Translations under genes and position numbers: made by a program
Shown here: positions 36,841 through 51,879 of the stretch, piece after piece
Numbering within the stretch: the first letter of the stretch is position 1
How the letters are laid out: each line of letters opens with the position of its first letter
Assembly (NCBI RefSeq): GCF_006345805.1
Contig: NC_042998.1
Location: forward strand, 13,640,001 to 13,704,000
Direction of reading: 5' to 3'
Source: Octopus sinensis
Lineage: Eukaryota
DNA length: 64,000 bases
Notes under the pieces: generated by a model
What the model was told of the DNA's origin: nothing
Seen by the model: the letters and a program-made list of their open reading frames with translations, nothing else
The model's database searches: none

Positions 36841-37515
36841 TATATATAAATATAAAGATATACGTATATATACATACGATTTATAGAAAAAATATGTTTT
36901 CTGATATACGTAGTCCATAAGTAATGTGTGTGCATGTGCACATTACGTATATCGGTAACCGGCTGTTCATACGTCTTGCCGTACGTGATTGTTTGTGTAT
37001 TAGCGGACGTGTGGGCTGGTTTCATTTTGTAGATGAATATGTAGAAATATGTGACTCAATTTCATCGAAATATGCGTAATGAAACGTGCGTACATATATG
37101 TTGAGACATTTATACGAATAATTATAGGGATGAATAACTAGCATGCTGGTATTTTGTGTTTGGGGATATGCACAAAAGTGAGTCTTTTGTATATCAATCA
37201 CATTATTTCTACTTATACACATATATGCTAGCGTGCATTTGATTGTCTACACAGATGCGGACATACGCACACACACACATACACACACATTAACACACGT
37301 AAATATATATGCAAATGTATACATACATACATATATGTATTATTATGTAATATATACGCACATATATGTATATATATATATATATTTGTTTATATACATG
37401 TATGAATATATTTACATACGCTTACATGTATATAAACACGTATACACCTTTGTAAAAAACTGCATATATCTGTGTATGTACATATACAAATACAATCATT
37501 TTTGCGATAGTAATG

Positions 37516-37575
<60 letters not shown>

Positions 37576-37870
37576 TAATAATAATAATAATAATAAAAAT
37601 AAAGAATAATAATAATAATAATATAATATAATAATAATAATAATGATAATAATAATAATAATAATGATATTAAATAATGTATGGAATATTGCATCTCGAG
37701 GCACATCACATAAAAGTATACAAATATTCACGTAAATTTTGGGTTGGAAACCCTTTGGGTATATATGTGCCTCTATGTATATATATATATTTATAAATGT
37801 GGACATGCACCTACCTGTGTGCATGTGTGTGTATATGTCTATCTATCTTCCTTACGATCTCTCATTAATT

Positions 37871-37957
<87 letters not shown>

Positions 37958-37968
37958 ATATATATATA

Positions 37969-38011
<43 letters not shown>

Positions 38012-38362
38012 ACATCTGCATACTCATATATGTGACACACATATAAGCATCCCTCTCTACAAAACAGGGAGATAAGTGATAGAAATATCGTTTGAGAATT
38101 ATGCATGGAGGTATATAGGTGTGTTGATAAATTTAGCCATTCATCATCGAATAATGTCATGGCGAAAAAATCGTGTTTATTTCTTTGCATAGGAAAACCT
38201 GAAGCAGCGAACATTGGACAGCGTTGTTCAGTGGAATCCATCCTACATGGTGATCATTAAAAAGTCGGAAACGGAAAACGAAAGGGAGAATAGAATGCTT
38301 GTTTGACAAATAAGTATAATATACTCTCAAAATAACAATGCCCACATGAGCATATCCAAAAA

Positions 38363-38414
<52 letters not shown>

Positions 38415-38575
38415 GTTTGTATACATGTATTTATATATGTATGTATATTTGTGTGAGTGTATATAAAGCTGTTTATATACATATATATGAATATCTTCAT
38501 GTATATGTATGTGTATCTATATATATATACATACATATATATAGATATGTATATATGTATATATATACATACATA

Positions 38576-38617
<42 letters not shown>

Positions 38618-38667
38618 GTATATATGTATATATATATATACATACGAAGATATACACACGTATATAC

Positions 38668-38699
<32 letters not shown>

Positions 38700-39027
38700 T
38701 ATATATATACATTCATATATACATATAGGTGTGTGTGTGTGTGTATTTGTGTGCGTTGTGTGTGAACACATGACATATGATTTAATCATTTATAAAGAAC
38801 CGAGGAATGTGTTGCCTATAAGATGACTTTATAAAGATTGGGATGAAGTAATACGGTAGCAAGTAAATATTATATAAAGAGGTGTGAGCAAAAATCTTAC
38901 ACAATGAAACTTTTCGCTAGCGCATGATAATAAGAGGAAATATAAGAGGAAGAATGAAAACGAAATATTATGTAATCTTGTTTAGAAGGACATAGACTTG
39001 TGGAGATGGGGTCGGATGCATACAAAC

Positions 39028-39070
<43 letters not shown>

Positions 39071-39227
39071 ATATGTATACATACATACATACGTATATTT
39101 ATATATATTTATACATATATACATACTTACATATATGTATATATATATATTTGTATATGTATGTATGTGTATATACATATATATATAGTATATATATATT
39201 ATTTATGTATATATATATATATTTATG

Positions 39228-39262
<35 letters not shown>

Positions 39263-39344
39263 GAAGGACATTAACTTGTGGAGATGGGGTCGGATGCACA
39301 TATATATACATATATACATACTTACATATGTATATATATATGTG

Positions 39345-39376
<32 letters not shown>

Positions 39377-39404
39377 TGCATACATATATATTATATATAT
39401 TATA

Positions 39405-39475
<71 letters not shown>

Positions 39476-39562
39476 CGCATGTCTACTCACAGAATATATA
39501 TCAATGTGTATTACTATATGTATCTGTTTCCCTCTCTCTCTCTCGCTCTCTTTCTCTCTTTA

Positions 39563-39615
<53 letters not shown>

Positions 39616-39686
39616 ATGTACAAGTACACACATATATACATATATATATATATACCTTTACATACATACATATACATATATATATA

Positions 39687-39722
<36 letters not shown>

Positions 39723-40457
39723 CAGACAAACAGACAGACAGAGGGAGAGATGTATGTCTGCGTGTGTGTATGTATGTGAGTGTATATTTGCATATATACA
39801 GAAGCGGAGACGAAGAAAGTGAGAGAATATAGGCGGGAGGCAAGCAGTGGGTATTTGTTAAGTAGTTATTTCTGTGATATTGTTACATATTTTCTTTTCT
39901 CTTTTTCAGCTCTCGGAAAAATAAGAAGAATATCATGGAGGTTGCAGTGACATAAGAAACCATTGAATGCTAGGGATATGCAAGCTTGCATGTGCCTACA
40001 TGTACGCAACAGGAAAAAGAAATGTATGGACGAGCTATGAAGAGTAATGGCGAATCGATAAGAACGGCGAAACGAAAGCTGAGTGAAACGAAGTAGAGGA
40101 TAAAACGAACTGTTATGTGATTCTGAATATGTGTGTGGCTGTGTGTGCGTTTGAGCGCCTGGTATTCATGTGAATATTCCTATATGTGCCTTGATCGCAT
40201 ATGCATGCGTGTAGATTTTCAGTAAGATACGTATACATATACATACATTCATATGTGGATACTTGTATATGTGTGTGCATGTGTATGTGATTCCTATTAT
40301 ATATATATATATTATACATATATATGTATGTATATGTGAGTGTGTATTATATATATATATATATGTCTGTATGTATGTATATATATATATATATGTATAT
40401 ATATATGTGTATATATATATGTGTATATATATATATCTGTATATATATATATATATA

Positions 40458-40506
<49 letters not shown>

Positions 40507-40949
40507 ATTTTGTGTAGCTATATGTGTATTTGCATATACTTGCTTCTGTAGAGAATCACAGATATTGAAGGAGAGAGACCGAGCCAGCGTCAGATAAAGA
40601 TTAAGAGGCAGAGGCGCTGTTGTGTGCAGAAACGAGGAAGAAGAACGGAAGAAGGAAAGCAGCGATACATTTAGAGTGAATGAACTCGTGGTTGGCAGGA
40701 AAGGGAGTTGAAAAGATCGATGAAAAGATGTAATAAAGAGCGAGTGAATATAAACTGTAAAACAAAACTAAAATCAACAACATGATGAATGTATAAACAA
40801 AACATGGAAACTATTTATAAGGAAACACTGGGAAATATAGTATTACATAAAGAAAGAAGAGAACGAAAGAATATAGAAGGAAATTAGCAATTGAATGATT
40901 GGCACATAGTTTCTCTATAAATATCATTTGCTTGTTGTTTTTGTTGGCA

Positions 40950-41087
40950 TTTTGGTAAAGCGTAAGTGAAGGAGAGGGAGAGAGAGAAAGTGTATTTTGG
41001 GTAAAGCGTAAGTGAAGGAGAGGGAGTGAGAAAAAGTGTATTTTGGGTAAAGCGTAAGTGAAGGAGAGGGAGAGAGAGAATGTGTAT
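40950..41087. repeat. Minisatellite, 3 x 46 bp
   Basis: GTAAAGCGTAAGTGAAGGAGAGGGAG... starting at 40955, 41001 and 41047. Confidence 0.95.
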
Positions 41088-41375
41088 AAAAGATCGAAAG
41101 AAAATGTAAACGGAGGAAGGGGATATCAGTGTTATGAAACCCAGTGTTCGACATGTAAGACGAGTGAAGCAAAATAGAAAGAAAAAAAAGAAAGAACTGC
41201 CGCGTTTTTCAGTAACATGTATGGATTGGATGGATATTAAAACGTACACAAATGGATACTGTAGAGGCCAGGGAAAGAGATTAGTAGCATCACGATTCCA
41301 ACATACTCTACAATATATCTATGGGAACAAACACATACACACACAGGTATATGTATATGCATACATTTCATTGAT

Positions 41376-41406
<31 letters not shown>

Positions 41407-41707
41407 TCCTACAGATATACACACATAATGTATGTATGTGTATATATATAATATATATATGTATATATATATATATTTATATTTATATATATGTATATAT
41501 ATATATTTATATATATATACATATGTATAATATATATATACATATATGTATATAAATAATATTATATATTATATATATATATATATATATGTATTATGTA
41601 GATATAATATATTTATATATATATATGTATATGTGTATATACATATATATATTTATATATATATATATATGTATATATATATACATATATGTATATATGT
41701 ATATATA

Positions 41708-41781
<74 letters not shown>

Positions 41782-41791
41782 CATATATGTA

Positions 41792-41896
<105 letters not shown>

Positions 41897-42215
41897 ATGC
41901 ATTCTTACACATAAATCGTTAAAATGTGGTGGTTTATGGACGTAGCATAGAACGAAAATACATCCACACTGACATTTCCCATGCATAACTTCATTATTGC
42001 CAAAAGGCAAGCGGATTGCTAGTTTGCGTGGTGTACGCTACATTATTTAACTATCGCGCTGTAGTGGGATCAATCAGTTTAAATAATCTATTATACTCTT
42101 CCTCCAAATTTGTATTATTCTATTTTCTGCCACCCCTTTATCTTCAATTATCTTTAATTTTTTTTGGGTTTTTGTTTTTTTTTCCTTTTCCGTAATGATA
42201 CCGCAGATATACATA

Positions 42216-42378
42216 GGCGCAGCAGTGGCTGTGTGGTAAGTAGCTTGCTAACCAGCCACATGGTTCCCGGTTCAGTCCCACTGCGTGGCATCTTGGGCAA
42301 GTGTCTTCTGCTATAGCCCTCGGGCCGACCAAAACCTTTCGAGTGGATTTGGAAGACGGAAACTAGAAGAAGCCTGTC

Positions 42379-42424
<46 letters not shown>

Positions 42425-42642
42425 GTGTGTGTGTATATGCTTGTGTGTCCCTCTAGCATTGCTTGATAACCGATGCTGGTGTGTTTACGTCCCCGACGCT
42501 TAGCGGTTCGGCAAAAGAGACCGATAGAATAAGTGCTATGCTTACAAACAATAAGTCCCGGGGTCGATTTGCTCGACTAAAGGCGGTGCTCTAGCATGGC
42601 CGCAGTCAAATGACTGAAACAAGTAAAAGAGAGTAAAGAGAG
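42216..42642 (+). mobile_element. SINE family A, full length
   Basis: Head, internal microsatellite and AGTAAAAGAG tail as in 5210-5628. Confidence 0.95.
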
Positions 42643-42959
42643 TATATAAGTTTATTTGGTTGTGTGTGTGTATGGTCAGATACGAATATGTATTTATGCT
42701 TGCAAACATACAAATACACCCACACGTGCACACACTCGCTAACAACTTTCAGACATTCGCACACAAACTCACACATATATAAACACATGTATGTATATAC
42801 ATACACGCATGCATGAATATATATATACAAATAGAGGTTCGTTTACATATACACATCGAAAGGTAAGTTGTATTTTAGGGTGTTCTTTACACTAATAATA
42901 CACACAGAGGTGCAATTTTGCTTCTTTCGTATATTAATCATTTATACTATATGGATAAG

Positions 42960-43140
42960 GCCTGAAATTTTGAGGGTGGGTGCTAGTCGATTACATAGAC
43001 CCCAGTCTCTTAATGGTACTTATTGCATGGGCCCTGAAAATCGACTGCGGTAGAATTTGAACTGAGAAGGTTCTGACTGACGAAATGCGGCTAAGTATCT
43101 CGCTAGGCGTGCTACCCGTTGTGGTAGCTCGACGCCTTTT
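42960..43140 (-). mobile_element. SINE family B, decayed
   Basis: Reverse complement of the family B head and B-box (AATTTGAACT...GACGAAAT..GCTAAG). Confidence 0.65.
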
Positions 43141-43917
43141 TCCATATATTGATTAATAAAAACAATTAACAATTAAATATTGGATAACTTCGTTAATGTT
43201 TCGGTCAATCACTCAGACATCCAGGTTCACGGTAATCCTTCGTCGCCAATGGTTAATTAAAGATTGGCATGCTCTGACCAGTCCAGTTGTATGCGCCTTT
43301 GTGTTTACAGATTTTTGCAAATGAAAATTTGTGTCTTTGAGAGAGAGAGAGGGGTGTAAGAGAGAGGGGAAGAACGAGAGAGTGGGAAAGAGCAAGAGTG
43401 CAGGAAGAGCGAGAGAGAGAGAGCATAATGATGAGTGAAAGAGACAGATGGTGATTAAGAGAGGGAGAGAGACGGTGAATGAGAGAGTGCGTGATACCAA
43501 CAGTTAGACAGAGAAATTCGTGTGCACCTAACACAGTGCAAATCCTGTGTAGTCTTTAAATGCGCGTAAGAGAACCTTTTACAAACTGTGCCATTGGCAT
43601 GCAATTTGCGGAAGGTTTAATTACTGAAACGTCTATATTTCTTTCTGGGTCAGTGTTCTTGTCTTTGTAAGGAGACCGCGTGGCGGTGCGCGTATAGATA
43701 TTCAATTCCAGTCAAATTATTTCCTTCTTTTTTAGATACGTTAGATCATATTACAATTCAATGACAATCTTTTTCTTTTATTGTTATATGTAAAGAGAAG
43801 AACTGAACTGACATCATATCGCTAAAGTTTTAGTTTAAATATCTAAATGTGTCAGAGTTTTAAAATATATTGAACATGAGAAATGAAATACAGTTAAAAT
43901 ATGCTGCAAGAATTATA

Positions 43918-44100
43918 GGCGCAATGGTGGCTGCGTATTAAGAAGCTTGCTTACCAGCCCCATCGTTTCAGATTCTCTCCCTCTGTGTGACACCTTCTAG
44001 TAAAGTTAATGTCTTCTACTATAATCTCGTGCCTACAGAAGGTCTTGTAAGCAAATTTGGTAGACAGAAACAGAAGGGTGCCATACATGTATATGTGTAC

Positions 44101-44135
<35 letters not shown>

Positions 44136-44383
44136 TATTTGTGTATATGGGGTGCCTGTATCTGTGTTTGTCCCCCCCTCCACTATATTTTGAAAACCGG
44201 TGTTGAAAACCGGTGTTTGTGTTTTACATCTTTGTAATTTAGCAGTTCGCCACACAAAACAATGAAATAAGTATTAAGGAAGGAAATAATGTGCTGCGGT
44301 TGATTCGATCAACGGATATATTCTTCATGGTGGTGCCCCAGCATGGTCGCAGTCAAATAACTGAAACACGTAACAGATAAGAT
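43918..44383 (+). mobile_element. SINE family A, decayed full length
   Basis: GGCGCAATGGTGGCTGCG head through CCAGCATGGTCGCAGTCAAATAACTGAAAC tail. Confidence 0.8.
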
Positions 44384-44770
44384 ATATGGTATTACATTTT
44401 CCAATATGTTACATATGCATTGTATAGCATATGGCCTACATCGTATCTAGCGATTTCATATGATATTGTTGAATGCAAAGATACATTATAAGATATATTA
44501 TAAGATATATACAACCTCAAAGGCTTCAAATTTGCCACATGTTCTCTACAGTAAAGTGATTATAATCCCTTGCTGGAAGTCGTTCTTAACATGTTTTCCC
44601 TTTAATTCTTTGAAGCCCTTGCGTGGTACAAATTGTTAACATTCTGCAATGCTTAGCATGTTTTGGTTTCATCCACTTATTACCTTACATTTCATACTTT
44701 TCAATTCAGGCTACGATCAGTTTCACTATCTTTATATTGCAGCACAATTTTTGATATGCTGCTTACAGTG

Positions 44771-44851
<81 letters not shown>

Positions 44852-45210
44852 CTCTCACCTTATTTGTTATTATTCTCTGAAAGACGGATATTGTTTTGCG
44901 TATGTTGGTTCGATGCTTTCATCGGGATTGAGTAGTAAGCAGTTTAATTTACGACTATTTACTTCCGAGTTCAGTATCACTGCGCCGCACATAGGTTTCT
45001 CTATTTTCTGAAAATGGAATTACAATGGAATTACAATGGAATTAACTGCCTAAGAGTTAATGTTGCGTAGCCTTAAAGGAATAACGTAAAAACAAAAATG
45101 TTTCCGTAACGTTTCGCTTCATTTTAATTGATCCATTGATAACATTACTAATTACAATGTAACAAATTATAGCATCGTGAAGATTAAGTACCAAATAATA
45201 TAGATGAATT

Positions 45211-45608
45211 GAGATAGAGTGGATGTGTGTTAAGTACCTTACAAAGCAAACACATGGTTCGGAGGTCAGTCTCACTGCGTGGCACCTTGGACAAATGTCT
45301 TCTACTGTAGACACGGGCCGACCAAAGCCTTGTGAGTGGATTTGGTAGACGGAAACGAAAAGAAGTCCGTCGTATATATGCATGGATATGTATGTGTGTG
45401 TATATGTCTGTGTTTGTCCCTCCCCAACATCGCTTGACAACCGATGCTGGTATGTTTACGTCCCCGTAACTTAGCGATTCAGCTTAAGACCGATAGAATA
45501 AGTACTAGGCTTACAAAGAAGAAGTCCTAGGGTCGATTTGCTCGACTAAAGGCGCTGCTCCAGCATGGCTACAGTCAAATGACTGAAACAAGTAAAAGAG
45601 TAAAGAGT
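45211..45608 (+). mobile_element. SINE family A
   Basis: Colinear with 5210-5628. Confidence 0.9.
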
Positions 45609-45984
45609 ATAGGTGCAGTTTTTCTAAGCATTTATTTATGAAGGACAATAAAATTCGCATCAACATTATCGTGGGACATTGGTGTAAACGGTGAGCTGTG
45701 AATCTTAATATATTTTATGTTATGCATACACACGCTTTAGATGCAACTATTTGCAACCTTGTGTCTGTGTATACAGAAAAGGAATCACTCAAAAACACAC
45801 ACAGACACAAAATCTCTCTCTGTATATGTGCGTGTGTGTGTGTGTGTATTTGTGTGTGTGTATGTGCGTGTGTGTGCATCATATATGATGGCTGCAAACG
45901 CCTGTTCGAGTATTGCAAACGCCTGATCCAAAGTCCCACATATGCGAAGGCTTCGACAAACGATTTTGTGATATTTGAATATAT

Positions 45985-46175
45985 TTGTGTCTGAGTTTGT
46001 ACGCCCGCCATCGCTTGATAACCGATATTGGTGTGTTTACGTCCTCGTAAGCAAGCGGTTCGGCAAAAGTCACCGTTAGAAGTAATAGGCTTACAAAGAA
46101 TAAGTCCTACGGTCGACTTATTCTTTGGTGCTCCAGCATGGCCGAAGTCAAGTGACTGAAACAAGTAAGAAAAAA
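45985..46175 (+). mobile_element. SINE family A, 3' half
   Basis: CATCGCTTGATAACCGAT...GACTGAAACAAGTAAG. Confidence 0.8.
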
Positions 46176-46412
46176 ATGAATAATACATATATGCGCACAT
46201 ATCTCGGAGAAACACAAGGATGGGGTATAGAAAGAAATGGAGATAGTGAGAGAGCGAGATATATTTTGATGTATAGAGATGAAGAGATAACAACTATTTC
46301 AGAGTGTGATAACAAAACTTACGCTTATGTTTGAAGCGCCAGTATCGTGTGAATTCATATATGTTTGTGTGTGTTATGTGTGTGTGTATATACATATATA
46401 TGTATATATGTA

Positions 46413-46488
<76 letters not shown>

Positions 46489-46598
46489 TATATATAAATA
46501 AATATATACATATATATATGTAAATATATACGCGTGCGTATGTATTATGTATGAATATGTGTGTGTACATACATATATACATATACATATATATATAT

Positions 46599-46647
<49 letters not shown>

Positions 46648-47262
46648 ATATATGTATATATGTATGTTTGTGTATATATGTATATATGTATGTATGTTAT
46701 ATATATATATATGTATAAATGTATGTATTATGTATGAATGTCTGTGTGTTGAGAACCTATCTTTGTAAGCAGTGCATTATCAGATTAAGAAGAAAGAATT
46801 AATGAAGAGAAGAGAAATGCTTCGATTTCATAATTCTGATGTGGATGAATCTATACGGTACAATCATGCATGAGTCTATAAAATGAACAACTCTGATTAT
46901 TATATTAGGCATCTGTTGATGGAAAACATTCAGTGCTTCTTTTTCCCAGGACACTTCGTAATATAATTGATGTCAGAAATGAAACAAGATGACAATACCT
47001 ACTGAAACTCTGCTTGTGGTTCAAAGGTGATAATAAGAATGATCTTTTTACGTGATCTGTATATATAAGTCGATATAACACTTTTAGTACCAAACATGAA
47101 TTTGTAAATATAGAGCAACCGCTACTAAATTATTTATTTATATCATAGCGAATGTCTGTAATATTTTGGAGCAGACATAAGTGCAAATGAAAATGTTTTT
47201 CTGAAGTGATGATTACACATACACACATAGATATACACGCGCGCACGCACACACACACAGAG

Positions 47263-47803
47263 ATATATTTCTTTATTGGCCACGCAGGGCTGAACACCGA
47301 AGGGAAAAAATACAAAGTAGAGGTTTTCTTTTGGGGAAGAAGGAAAAAAAAAGAAGGGGTGGACGAATTCCGATCAAAAGGGATCGCAAAAAAAATAGGG
47401 CCGATCAATAGGGATTATGTATCACAAACATGTCAATGTAAAAAGGGAAAACAGATTAGGTTTGTCCGTGGATAGAAAAGCCTACGGAAAAGACCACGGG
47501 AACCTTGGGAAATAGTGTCATGCAAAAATAAAACATATTACAGTAAGTGGATCTCCTTTTTTCCTTTTTTTTTTTGGTTCATAGGATTATGCTCAAGTTG
47601 GCTCCGTCATTCACACGTGCCATCCTTGCTACATTCACCCATCTCTTTTTGAAGCATTCACTAGACAAAACTTCCCTCTCTACTCTCACCTTCTTCTTCA
47701 AGTGATACTTGAAAGAGTTGATGAGAGATTGACCAGAGAGGAAAGTGTTTGTATCTAGACCTTTCAGGCGCGTCCACTATGCACATTCTTTCGCCATAGC
47801 CAC
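47263..47803 (-). mobile_element. Tx1/L1-type LINE 3' end (ORF2 C-terminus + 3' UTR + AATAAA)
   Basis: Minus translation VAMAKECA*WTRLKG...FKYHLKKKVRVER..LS...F..RWVNVARM...* with stop at 47581-47579; T-rich UTR ending CCAATAAAG. Confidence 0.75.
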
Positions 47804-47807
47804 AAGT

Positions 47808-47838
<31 letters not shown>

Positions 47839-48184
47839 GTAGATAAATAGATAGATAAAAAAATAAATAATATTATGACATGAACTTCATTGGCTTACAG
47901 TTGTTTTTGCAGTACGAGGCAAATCACTCACGGTTGAGTGCTTGCGTGTATGTACAAATGTAAAAGATTTCCTCAAATATAATTGCAGTTCATTTTTCAG
48001 CACCTCTGGAGCTCTAGGGCGATAGAAAGACGTTCAAATATGAGTGAATTGCATCTCATAGAAGAATAGAAAATCCGAAAGCTACTGCAGCTACTGACAT
48101 TTCAATTTCTTATTAATACTCTGTACTTGACTGTCGAGCTGTTCTGATGCATATGTAAACTGAATTCAGACATCAGGTTATTAC

Positions 48185-48217
<33 letters not shown>

Positions 48218-48454
48218 CAACGACGGTGGGGGTGGGGACAAACACAGACACAAAATCATATATATATATATCAAAAGAGAAAACCTTCCTCTCAGTTCCA
48301 GAAATACCGTGACAAACGTGAGGTAATGGACCTCAGTGTTGTGAATTTTATATGGGCCAAGGTACAAAATAGTTGCGGACCCCTTTGAATGATCTCGAAG
48401 TGTGGAACTTTTATGTTCGCGCTAAAAACACTTAGTATAATAAAATTGCATGAA

Positions 48455-48670
48455 TATTCTTTTCTATTCTAGGTACAAGGACGGAAATCCTTTGGGAGGG
48501 TCCAGTCGATTACATCGAACCGATTATGCAACTGGTACTTAATTTACCAACCCCGAAAGGAAGAAAAGCAAAGTCGACCTCGGCGAAATTTGAACTCAAA
48601 ACGTAAAAACAGACGAAATACCGTTAAGCATTTTGCCCGGCGTGCTAACGTTTCTGGCAGCTCTCCACCT
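48455..48670 (-). mobile_element. SINE family B
   Basis: AAAGTCGACCTCGGCGAAATTTGAACTC...GCCCGGCGTGCTAACGTTTCTGGCAGCTC is the reverse complement of family B. Confidence 0.88.
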
Positions 48671-48731
48671 TATATTGTATAAATATTGTTTTTATTAGAC
48701 AGTCAATGATATATTTATAGATATTAAGGTT

Positions 48732-49166
48732 TTATGTTTTACTTGTTTCAGCCATCAGACTGTGGCCATGCAGGGGCACTGACTAGATTGAATCAAGCCC
48801 ATTACTTATAATTTTTTCTTTCCAATCTGGTAGTTATTCTATAATCTATTCTGTCGAACTGCTAGGTTACGGATACGTGAACACACCAACATCGGTTGCC
48901 AAGCGGTGATGAGAGACAAATAGAGACACACACACATACACACACAGGCACACGCAATCATACATCTACACGCACACACACAAACACAAACACACATATA
49001 TTATAGATGAGTTTCTTTCAGGTTCAGCCAACTGAAGCCACAGAGAAGACAGTGGGGTTCTCGAGGCTACAGTAGAAGATACTTGCCCAGAGTTCCATGT
49101 AGTGGGACTGAACCTGGAATCATGATGTTGTGAAGCAAGCTTCTCACTACATAACCGCGCCTGCAT
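48732..49166 (-). mobile_element. SINE family A, decayed full length
   Basis: TTTTACTTGTTTCAG tail through GGGACTGAACC B-box. Confidence 0.85.
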
Positions 49167-50049
49167 CCATATAGTTGAACAATCATCTCATATTCTTCAT
49201 TGTTTTTGTGTCGAATAAATATTAAGAAAGTGAACTATACGTAATTTTGTGCTTTATAACATTATATTTAAGAGGAAATCTAGGTCACTTACAAAGATTT
49301 ACACCACTGAAGTTAGATTCGGTGGCTATATTACCAAATACATAAATGTTTTTTCTAACGTGTTCTCTTTTGTCTTGTGTACGAAGAGTGCTGCAAATTT
49401 CCTGTCTTTGGGTAAATGAAAATAGAGGAGGATCGGTAAATTTAGGTTTTATTCAATATATTCACATTTCAGATTCATTGCAGCGGTTCTTCAGCTTTTC
49501 TAGACACTGTGAAACAACTCAAAATGTTGGGCCTCCAGCCAGGGCTTTCGCGATACTCTTAAAGATATGAACTTTTCAGGACCTCCATGTAGACAGTCAA
49601 TAATGGTTATAAATGTTTTTACGTAAAGTATGACGGAGGAAGAGTTTCAATAAAGCATCCACAGAGGTGAATATTCGCCTGAACGCTTTTGTGTGATAAC
49701 TAATTTAGCAGAACGACCGATTGTATTGGATGAAATTGCATCACATTAATACAATGCATTAGATTAAATATTGTTTACAAATATCTACGAGTTTGGTGCG
49801 CTCTTGTAACATGCATTCACTTGTGCATCTTAAAATAATAATATAAAAAATAGGATTCTTGCTGTCTGCTATATAACTAGTAATTTATTGTAATCTTAAA
49901 TTGGAATGGAGCAAAAAAGCTCAAACAGATGTACACATGCATGGAAATACACAGGCTACAAGAAGGCACACGCACGCAAGGGAAGGGCTTCCACCTTGCG
50001 TCCATACATAACTGCATACATATATGTGTGTATATGTATAATTATATGC

Positions 50050-50080
<31 letters not shown>

Positions 50081-50758
50081 TATAAATATAATTATATTTG
50101 TATATATACACATCTATCTATCTATCTATCTATATATATATATATATATAGATATATATAATCTATATTTTTATTTATGTATACATCATATGCATTTATG
50201 TGTGTGCATGTGTATCTGTTTATGTATGCGTGTATTTATGTGTTTGAGCTTATGTGCGAGTGTATGTGTGTGTGTATGTGTGTGTTTCTCTGTGTGTGTG
50301 TGTGTGTGCAGGCGTAATTTTCTCCTCTGTAGAAGAATACGTTACTTCAAGGTAGAAGGATCACATCTCACAACAAGAGAAAAAAAAAACTGCGTCAGAA
50401 GCAATAAATTTCTAGGAAACAGACAGATGGAAGTAACTCACGCTCATTTATTTATTACAGTTGCATCGATTATTGCTATTTCCGGTGGTAGGAGTAAGAC
50501 AGCTTAATTTTACTACAATGCATAGAACAAGTTTTGTTTTATCGTAGTACAAACATGCTTATACTGTTATGACATTCATAGCATATTAGTCATCCGCTGA
50601 ATTGATTTGGGATACTAAAGAAGATATTTACGTATCTTTCAATGCAAGCCATATAGCTACAATTGGTTCCTTGTGGATCCAGGAAAAGTTCCTGGAAAAA
50701 CAATCGCTATATATTTATATCTGCCTACGCATGTTCCCAAAATGTCCAGTAGGCGATA

Positions 50759-50793
50759 TTCTTCTTCTTCTTCTTCTTCTTCTTCTTCTTCTT

Positions 50794-50854
<61 letters not shown>

Positions 50855-51003
50855 TATTATATTATTATTATTATTATCATTATTATTATTATCATCATCA
50901 TCACCACCACCACCACCACTGCCACCACCGCCACCACCAACACCACCATCGTCATCATCAGCATCATCATCATCAGCAGCAGCACCATCATCATCACCAC
51001 CAT
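50759..51003. repeat. Compound trinucleotide array (CTT)n-(ATT)n-(CAT)n-(CAC)n
   Basis: Direct reading. Confidence 0.97.
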
Positions 51004-51099
51004 AAGCATCATTTCTTTCACTTTTGTTTCCAAGTGTTCTCCCGTCGCCTCTGGCCAAGAAACCTATTGTACACATTGATATGCCATTAAAATAAACAA

Positions 51100-51400
51100 A
51101 CCAGTTTTGTCCATATTTTACAAGAGTTTGCTCTTTGTCTCTCTTGAGGGGGCGTACCTAATACATAGTACTATGTTACTTCTTTACACTCCTCCCGAAT
51201 CCATTCCATCCTCTCGCACTATTCTAATTCTGCTAGGTACGGTAATGAAATTGGAGGGTTCGATGCCGGGTAGTTCCAGTTCAAGTGGTCATCCAGCTTC
51301 GTATTCGTAGGAGTGTTTGCGCCAGTGGATGACTTCCAAACCACAGATCGTATCCCTACTGAGGGTCGCACTTCCAGACTGAGCATAGGATAGGCGATTC
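51100..51400 (-). mobile_element. Probable 5' region/ORF start of an R4/Dong-type element, decayed
   Basis: Minus translation MEWIREECKEVT*YYVLGTP...CKIW resembles the R.kW..Ee...vm..Yy N-terminal block of R4-type ORFs (from memory). Confidence 0.4.
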
Positions 51401-51879
51401 GGTTTTCTTTTTTAAAGTTCTTTCATTTTCTTATTGAAGGAAGATACTGGAAGAACCCATTTCACATACCTTGGTGGTACAGCAATTCAGGAAATTTTGT
51501 GCGGAGTTAAACTTGAAATAACATAAGAGGGCTGCGCGAAGGCGGGCGAAGGCGTGCGAAGGCGGACGTCGACGCGGGCGAAGGCGAGATTCTATCAATA
51601 ATATATTTTTTTAAAATTTCAATGAGAATGTCTATAGTTACATCCTTTTGGGTTGTATTTTCTAACTTGATCGTTGTAAATCCGCCTGTTGTGTTTATTG
51701 CATTTTTGTCTTTGACATTGTCCTCCATCTGTTCGGCGCTTGTGGAAAATAAAAGAAATTATCATCATCATCATCATCATCATTTACTGTCTTTGCGCAG
51801 CTTTTAGCGCTGCAGATATACTACAGTGCCAGCTATTCACTACCAGTAAACTAACGTAACACACCTCCTTTCCGAGCAT

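Noticed and set aside
38983-39298. 38-bp unique sequence duplicated 278 bp apart around a (TA)n tract; similar small duplications at 19851-19975 and 17278-17335
   Set aside because: Best explained by slippage or assembly artefacts next to microsatellites; no further structure.
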